Shown piece after piece: positions 10,187-18,300 of a stretch of DNA of 64,000 nucleotides. The stretch covers positions 81,809 through 145,808 of IMG/VR virus record IMGVR_UViG_3300049846_000568. The stretch is one strand, 5' to 3'. The notes beneath the pieces were generated by a model, which was not told the DNA's origin, ran no database searches, and worked only from the letters and a program-made list of their open reading frames with translations. Each line of letters opens with the position of its first letter. Positions within the stretch are counted from its first letter, which is position 1. The translations under genes were made by a program, and so were the position numbers. Origin of the DNA: a virus.

Positions 10187-10558
10187 CTACATATTGAGGT
10201 AAAACTGGGATACGCCGCTTCTTGCATCTGTGTGACGATAGTAGTCTCTCTTCTGGTACAGATGATTAAAGAAGTGCGTGATGACGGGTCGCGACTCATT
10301 CCTTGAGCTTAGAAAAGTGACAAAACAGGGTCTGCCTGGCTCCGGTGCCGCCATTTGTAGCCCCATATATGTCGGGCAGGGGACCTTATCTAGAATCTGT
10401 TGAATACCATCAGAATCTGGGGCAGACAAGATAACAGTGGCGGTATTGTTATTGGGATCATAGGAACTAATGATACCATAACGCGGAACCGGCGACCCCA
10501 TATGCCGCTGGGCGGCCTTGTCGTCAATATACTTGTCGAACTTAGGATAGTTTGCCAT
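10187..10558 (-). CDS. Baseplate spike, gpV/gp5 N-terminal OB-fold-like
   Basis: GIISSYDPNNNTATV...VPCP...PEPGRPCFVTF...PVI pattern of gpV-like OB folds. Confidence 0.7.
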   Translation of the reverse strand: MANYPKFDKYIDDKAAQRHMGSPVPRYGIISSYDPNNNTATVILSAPDSDGIQQILDKVPCPTYMGLQMAAPEPGRPCFVTFLSSRNESRPVITHFFNHLYQKRDYYRHTDARSGVSQFYLNM

Positions 10559-10569
10559 CTATATAGTAC

Positions 10570-11433
10570 CTACTTAATCTGTATATGCACGTGGTTAGGA
10601 TTGTCTGGAAAGTCGTAGACATTCTTACCGTTTGCTGGCGGTAGTGGAGTGCTTCTGGTTCCTCGCCCAAAGCCAATACTCCAGGATGTGTCCATCATAT
10701 CAATAACGGCAGAAACTAGTTTGTTTGCTAGTTCGTCACTGCCATTCGTCTGCTTATGGTCAATGTAATCGATGTCGATACAGAATCCCGCGCCATGAGA
10801 TGTTGGACTCTCTGGACGGATAAAGGAACTGATCTGAATTGGGAACTGATCTGCTGCACCAACAACTAATCCGAGAAGGCGAACATCTACTTCGGTCTTA
10901 CCCATACTGAGGGGGACTGAACCACCATTAGCGAGTGTTTCGAATTGGCCACGTGGATTACCTGGGTCAAACGTAATGTTGGGATGGGTGATAATCTTCT
11001 GAGCAAGGTCCTGAACCTTACCAGAAACGAACTTTCCTGTTCCACCTACATACGTTCCGGTAGGTTGGGTAGACGAAGCCGAAGTATATGCTGTTGATGC
11101 GATATTCCCAGCCTTGGATGGATCAGGGTCGGCATAAACGACATCATATGGATTAAGCTTGTCGTCTCGCCTCGTGAACAAGGTTTCCTGCCCCATTGCC
11201 CCGAGCTCCTTGCTGAGCTCCTGATTAAATGCGTCATATGTGGCACCGGTGGGCTTATATAGGGCGACACCCTGGAGAGCATCGGAGATGCTATATGTAG
11301 TCATGGCTAGAATAGGCTCACTGCTCTGTGATTGTGTGGTCTTCAGTGGAGTTCTACCTCCCTGATTTTCTACCTGCGCTTTTGCAAAAGTCTTTGCGTC
11401 TTTGAAGTCGCCCAAAGAATAATTGAAACCCAT
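10570..11433 (-). CDS. Tail-associated Zn peptidase (M15/LAS-type) with shared N-terminal domain
   Basis: R..SHGAGFCIDID and C-terminal HVHI Zn-ligand motifs; first ~110 aa paralogous to the upstream gene. Confidence 0.7.
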   Translation of the reverse strand: MGFNYSLGDFKDAKTFAKAQVENQGGRTPLKTTQSQSSEPILAMTTYSISDALQGVALYKPTGATYDAFNQELSKELGAMGQETLFTRRDDKLNPYDVVYADPDPSKAGNIASTAYTSASSTQPTGTYVGGTGKFVSGKVQDLAQKIITHPNITFDPGNPRGQFETLANGGSVPLSMGKTEVDVRLLGLVVGAADQFPIQISSFIRPESPTSHGAGFCIDIDYIDHKQTNGSDELANKLVSAVIDMMDTSWSIGFGRGTRSTPLPPANGKNVYDFPDNPNHVHIQIK

Positions 11434-12335
11434 TATGAAGTACCCCCTCTAACTTTGTTCACCGCATCTATTGCAGCGGGTAGGTATTTCCGTACGTCCA
11501 AATCTGGTCTGCTACCGTCCGCAGAAGTGCCATCGGGATTGGTTGCCCAAGGTCTTAAGTTTGTGCCGCCTTTAGACAAGAAATACATAGCTTTGGCGTT
11601 AGTCCAAGGATCGGTAAGGTCCCTAGCACGCCATTCTGTCAGATACTGCGGTAGCATGGCGCCATCAATGACATTGAACTGCCAAAGACCCCAAGAATTA
11701 TCCCCTGTTGAGGCATTACCATTATGCGCTTGAGAGTTACCTGAGGACTCACGCTGAGAAATCGCAACAAACAAGGCAGCTCTGTTCGGATCAGTAATGC
11801 CAACGGACAAAACCAGATCAGCTCTCTGCTCCATTGTTAGTTGACCGGCTGGCCAGGACTTGCCAGGTGGCGGAGTAAAGACCTCTGTGCCGGGACCGGG
11901 ATTCGGGTTAATGCTAGTACCGGCGCCACCCCCCTCAACTGATGGAGCTGCAGGACCACTTGATCCGGGTGGCATTGAGGAGCTTCCATCCTGTAGGGTG
12001 ATGCTGCCAAGCGTAGATGGATCTGGATCTCTCACGAAAACATCATAAGGAGTAAGCTTGTTGTCTCTAAGTTCCCACCGAGCCTCAAGCCCCATATCAC
12101 CAAGTTCCTTACTTAACTCCTGATTAAACGCGTCATAGGTTACGGCGGGATGCTTGTAAAGAGCCATGCCCTGCATGGCATCAGAGATGCCATAGGTGGT
12201 CATAGCCAAGACTGGCTCATCACTCTTAGATTGGGTGGTGTGGAGACCTTTCATGACCCCCTGTTGTTCGACCTGGGCCTTAACAAAGGTTTTGCTGTCT
12301 TTTATGTCTCCAAACTTGAAATTTACGTCGCCCAT
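11433..12335 (-). CDS. Tail-associated lytic transglycosylase (SLT/lysozyme-like) with shared N-terminal domain
   Basis: RESSGN (catalytic Glu), SWGLWQFN, DPWTNAKA, RPW motifs; Pro/Gly-rich linker. Confidence 0.85.
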   Translation of the reverse strand: MGDVNFKFGDIKDSKTFVKAQVEQQGVMKGLHTTQSKSDEPVLAMTTYGISDAMQGMALYKHPAVTYDAFNQELSKELGDMGLEARWELRDNKLTPYDVFVRDPDPSTLGSITLQDGSSSMPPGSSGPAAPSVEGGGAGTSINPNPGPGTEVFTPPPGKSWPAGQLTMEQRADLVLSVGITDPNRAALFVAISQRESSGNSQAHNGNASTGDNSWGLWQFNVIDGAMLPQYLTEWRARDLTDPWTNAKAMYFLSKGGTNLRPWATNPDGTSADGSRPDLDVRKYLPAAIDAVNKVRGGTS

Positions 12336-15300
12336 TATTTCGGTCCAAGGATTGCGCCTCTATCGAGATCGTTTAGAGTTAACTTTGTGGTGTCGACATC
12401 TGCGTAGCCGGCCATAATCATCTGCCAGTTAGCGGTGTATGGCAGGCCGTTGTCGAGATATCCATCCCAAGCTGCAGCCGGAACTGGAGATGGCTTCCAG
12501 CCACCATTACCGTCTGGTATACGCCCCGCCTGAGCCATCAGAACTTCTTCCCTTGATACGTCGGGGGCATCGGGGGCGTTGTGGAATACCACGGCCAGCT
12601 CACGACCCCAGTGCTCTTGCGGCCTCGACTTCAGTTGGCGCACCACCACAACAGTACCCACCGGTATGATAGACTCCAGGTATTCTTTGGCTCTAAGGCC
12701 AATGTCGTCTTCTGGGACATATTCTGGGTTCTGGTGATTCGCAAGCTCGGGGGCTCGAACACCAGAAAGACGGAAGCTCAATTCGACATTTGCCCCATTG
12801 GCGGCTAGATCGCCACCAACAACAATGCCGTTAAGGGTATCGCCGTCTTCTACCTTTGTTACACGCATAAGAGAAACAATATACTGCTCATCAAGCATTG
12901 GGCCGTCAGGGGATAGACCTGCGATATCTAGGATATGACCCTGAGTTTGTGCAACCCACCAACTCGTCTGCTTATATGCTAGAGCAGTATCTACCTCATT
13001 CCAGCCTAGATTGCTTAGCAGTTCATTAACCGTAATGCGGCCGTCAGTATCGACGCGAATACCTAAGATGTTGGGGAGCAGCTCTATTGTATGGAAGCGA
13101 CCAACCGCAACACCTTGAGCATATGATAGTCCGGCGTCCATGGGCTGACCATCCTTTGTAAGGTACTGGATATAGCAGCCGTGTTGATCTAGGAGGTTGT
13201 CCTTTACCCAGCTCCAAATATCCCAACCAAGATCCTTGAGAAGTCCAATACCAGGAATATTGCCAGCCTGTAAAGCTAGAAGATCCGTATTGTTCGGATT
13301 ACCACCCTGAGGCCCGAGGGGCAATCCACCCTTCTGCTGATCCGCTGCTTCGCCCTGGCTCTTAACTTCTTCAAGAAGCTTCATACGATCTGCTTCTGTC
13401 TGATATAGACCTGTCGCCTTTGCCGCAACGAAATCCTTAACAATTGCATTTGCGCCACCATCATACACGGTGTGCCCAATCATTGGGACCGAGAGCATTT
13501 GTGCAAGGTCTGCTGTTGTGATCCAATCACGAGTTCTAAGGATGCTTGTATCGTCTGCAAAAACGCCCATGTGGTGCCGTGTATCGTCGCGAATGTTCTT
13601 CGCACCAAACAATGCCGTAATCCACTTCGTAAACGTCCATCGAGCTGGGTCGTTGATTGTAACAAGCGCATTTGGTGTGATGGCGGTTATGAATCCCTCT
13701 TCCGGAGTGAAGTGGTGTGTAACAGCCTCAACCTCAACAAGACCATACATGCGCTCGTAAACGTCTGCGATATAAACCAAGTCGTGAGCCCTAATGTCTG
13801 GATCTCCCAGCACGAAGATCTCACCCTGGTAGATATCTTTCAGGCTCTCCTTCAAATGCCACAACGCAATACGCTTAGACAGTAGCTCATCTGAAGATCC
13901 TTGAGCTGCCTTACTATAGCCTCTCAGCGTTTCGATTGGATTCATTAGTGGGTGAAGGAACGAAAAGAAGCCCTCACCATTTGCGTTATCCCAATAGATA
14001 CCAGTCTCAACGGCCTTCTCGTTCTGAAGGTTAGACTGAATACCCTTGTCAAAGTACACGGTTACTGGATACTTACCATCAGAACTTGCCGTAACGACTG
14101 TAGATACACCATTTAGATTTTCCTGAATACCGTTGCCAAGGATGTGTTGGAATGAATCGATATAATGCAGCCTCTGGAACGGTTCGCGAATCTCGATAAC
14201 TGGTTCACCATACTCACGGGTGAATGGATTGTCCACCATCTTCAGTAGGTCGGGCCTGCCATCGGGTAGGTAAGAGCCCTCGGCGTAGTAGATGGAGTCG
14301 TTTAGCACTCGATTAAGGACTCGAGCCTGACGCTGCATGTTGCCGACCATATCAAGGCCATAGCCCAGCTGCTGGATCTGGCCGCGGAAGAGAGCAATGA
14401 GACCCTGCAGTGAGTTAGCGGAGACCGAAAGCAGTCTGCCAATTGTATTGTTGTATGAGTTAGAGAGGTCTTCAAGCCGTCGAGCTAATGGGTTCTGAGA
14501 CTTCTTGCCTGGATCTGAGTAATCTTGCAACCACTTTAGTAACTCCGTTGCACTATCTGATAGTTCGCCATTTGGCCCCCTATCCCACTTCTTTGTCCAA
14601 TCGGTAATTGGACCCTTAACCTCCGTATTTGATAGTGGGTCTGAGCCGTGGAATGCATCGCGAGCTGTAATCCTCAGGAATTCCTTCCAAGCCAGACGCA
14701 CACGGCTATTCCCAAAATCGCACAATTCATTGGCATTTACGGCGTCGGTAAGTTCTTCTATCTTGCCCGGAGGAATAATGAACGCTACTGGACCAAGAAC
14801 GGCTGTCGCTCCCGCCTTTGCTAGTCCCTGACCAAACCAGTTACCGGTGATAAACTCGACACCAGTAGCCAGCATTGAATCCGTTGGCAGGATAGAGGTG
14901 TTGAAATCCGTCGTGACCACAAGCCAAGCCCTAGCATACGGGTGCTGCCACAGGAACTTCTTGAACGTACCAACAAGAAGAGTTGGTAGATAGTCATACT
15001 TATCATCAGCGCGATCGGGATCATATTCGTCAATGGATCCGTCAGCCCAAATGCTAACCCTGGCCCCAGGCGGGTTCTTTGATGCCGCCTGCCAATAGGC
15101 TTCCTCTTCGAGGGTATAACGTCCAGCATTATCTACGAGTGGGTCGTACTTGTCGTCGCCTTCTGCTGGAGCGAATTCTTTCTTTGTCTCTGGGTCAGCA
15201 TCGAAAAGGTAATCTCTACGAGTCTTCCAGGGACTTTCCTTAATCTCCGCTATCACCCCATACTTGTCCCCTTTACTGCCAATACCCCAGCTCTGCCGGA

Positions 15301-18300
15301 ACTGATCCCAAATCATCTCAGCCAATTGAACAACATCGCCAGGCTTAACATCATCTTTGGCGGTAGGGTCATTTGGATCCTGCTTCTGGTCTAGCTGACC
15401 AAGATCGGTAAACGCACTACCGAAATCAAGTTCGGTTGACCCCAAAAGGGCCTCTTTGCCTAGAACACCTTTCTTGACCAGTGTGTGAATTCGCTGGGCG
15501 TACTCCCGATCATAAAGCAGTCTGGCGTAATGACCTACTGGGTCAATATCCGCTGCTCGCTTTACGGACTCAATTGGATCCTTCTTTTCGTCTTCATAGT
15601 GTTCTACAACACTCCAAACATTGATGTTTGAACTTAAATAGCCTCTCGTATAAGAACTAAACGCCTTAGGGTCGGCGCCGGGAGCAAGTACGTTTGCGTA
15701 TGCTTTCGTTGCCGTTGAAAGTATGACGTTGGCGGTATTGACCTCTCCACCTGAACCACTCTTACTATCCGGGTTTTCAGATGCTGACGCCGTACCCGAA
15801 GTTCCGCTGGACGAGCTACCGTCAGTTGGTCCGAGCTTTGTGTTTTGGGGAACAAAACCAAAAAAGCAGACAGAATCATCGGTGCCAGTGCCAACACCAT
15901 CAAGGCCAAGGGCATACCAGCAATCTGGGGACATACCGGCCACAATCTTTAAATCGCCACCAGGGCCATAATCACCTATGGCAGCGATAACTATCTTGCC
16001 GGTTTTCCTACTCTTAATGGCTACACGCTTACCCCTATAATCTTCCTGATTGTGGCCCGGTATCTTTGGGTTGCCCTGTTCAGTCGACTCAACGTATGGC
16101 CAGCGCATGTTGAAATACCACTGCTCTTCTTCTGGTCCAAAACCGGGCTGATTGAAGTACATAAAAGCACCGTTCTGACCAGGAAGGTTAGGGTCCTGCG
16201 CATCTGGATCGAAACCTGGATCGCCGCCACGAAGACCGCCCACCCTATCCATATACCGCGGATGCTTATGCTTATCTGGAAGGTTCGAACTCTGTAGGTG
16301 CTTACTAACATCGGCCTGAAGATCTGGGTCTGTCGGTAGATGCATTTCCATGACTGTCGGGCCCTGGCGGAATGGGAGCTTTACCTTAGAATTTGATTCT
16401 TCTGTTATTGGCTTTCCGCTACCGTCAAGGAATTGTGGTAGCCCCTCTACATCGGCGCCAGTGTACGGCATTCCAACATTAGTCTTAGCCGGGTTCACCG
16501 CAGTAACCTCATTTAGAGACTGGAAAAGCTTCTGCTGGGCCTCAAAGTCCGCCAATGGGTTGGCCATGTTGCGCATTTTCTCTAGGAGCCTACGCTGCTC
16601 TTCGTCTGGAGCGATTGGCTTTACGCTCTTATCGTCCTTCGCAATACCGGTTGTTACCGGAATGACACCAGAAGTATATAGCCAATGTGGCTTACCGTAG
16701 AAGACTGTAGATCGATCCTCAAATGGTCGAACCGCAACAACATAGTTTGGTAGTAGTGCTGCACAAACCTGGAATAGATCCCATACTGACTTCATGTATG
16801 TCTGGGCGCGGAACGACACCTCATCAAAACCCTTAAGGTCATCGTCGTGGTGGTTTGTAATACCAAGAGCGTTGAGTAGTGGGTTATCATCAAGATCTCC
16901 ATCCATTACCTTGTTGAAGAGATCCCAACCAGACTTAGCTAACCCATAAGTACCAAACGTTACACCGTTGACATTCGCTTCAACAAACCCCCCTAAACTT
17001 GGTCCAGAGTCTTGTGTCTGGTCTTCTTTCTTCTGCTCGTCTTTCTGGGTGTCTTGCGTCCCAGTTTGGCCCCTCTTAGCTCGCTCGATATCTGCTTTAC
17101 GCTTGACTTCTGGAGACTTAAAGATGGGTGCCTGTCCACCATCTGCACCCGCGGCCTCAGCGATCATGATACCGGCTTCTGGGAAATCACCACCAAGATA
17201 CTGCGCAATACCGGTACCGTTACCAGGATAAATGTTACGCTTGAAGATCTCGTAGTCCCTATGCCTAAACGAGTTTGCCCAAAGCTGTGTCATAATGGCA
17301 GCTACGCCAGTTCTTGTACTAGAGTCATTACCGACAAGGTTATCCCACCCACCAGACTTAGACGCTCCAGGGGCAAATGGGTCGTCACTGCCCGTATCTG
17401 GCTTTGCTGCCTTAATGGCCTCTGTTACATAGAGAACCCTCTCACCCTCACCACTAGTCATCTCCTCGTAAAGAATCTGACCGAAGTGGCGAATACCAAA
17501 CTTATTCTCGGAGAAGATCTTGCCATTGTGAGCATTGGCGAAAGTCTCTCGGAACGTGCTTGACCCCATACTAAGGAGGCGAACCATAAGATCTCGTGGC
17601 TCAGACAACCAAAGACCGGTGTTTATACCGCCGTCAATACCTCCAGAGTCACCGTCCTTATCGGTGGTGTTAATGTATGGAGACAACTCGATACCATCGC
17701 CCTGAGCAACAACCTCAACAATGTCACCCTGCGTTACCTGTGTAATCGTTCCGTTGAAGATCGTCTGTAGCGAATTTGGGTTGGCGCTGTACCCAGCGCG
17801 AAGATGAACACGAACACCTGGCTTTAGACGAATGCCGGCCAGATCTCTAATGTAATTGTTTTGGGTACCAGATAGTATATTGTCGGCGCCTTGGTCAAGT
17901 TTTGTTATGATCTGCTTATCAAGTTGTTGATCAATGGTGTTCGGATCATTTAGGATTTCTGCCAATGAAGGATTATTAGGATTAAGATCAAGAGATGTGC
18001 CATCTTCATTAACTCTGACCATTCGACTAGAAGGAGTATCAAGCTTTGAGTACATGTTGGACAAACGAAGCGTCATGACGTCGCCAAGGACGTCCTCAGA
18101 CGAATGTACGGAGAAGTCGATAACCGACTGTAGCCCATAGAAGTTGTCGAACAACTTGGTACCAGCAAAGTTGCCGCCCTCATCGATTAGCCATAGCATG
18201 TACGTTGGGAAGGCGCGGACCATACGACCAGAACGACTACGATACTGAACGTCTTCGATCATCTGCTGCACCTGGTACATTGGGTCGTTGCGGCCAAGCG

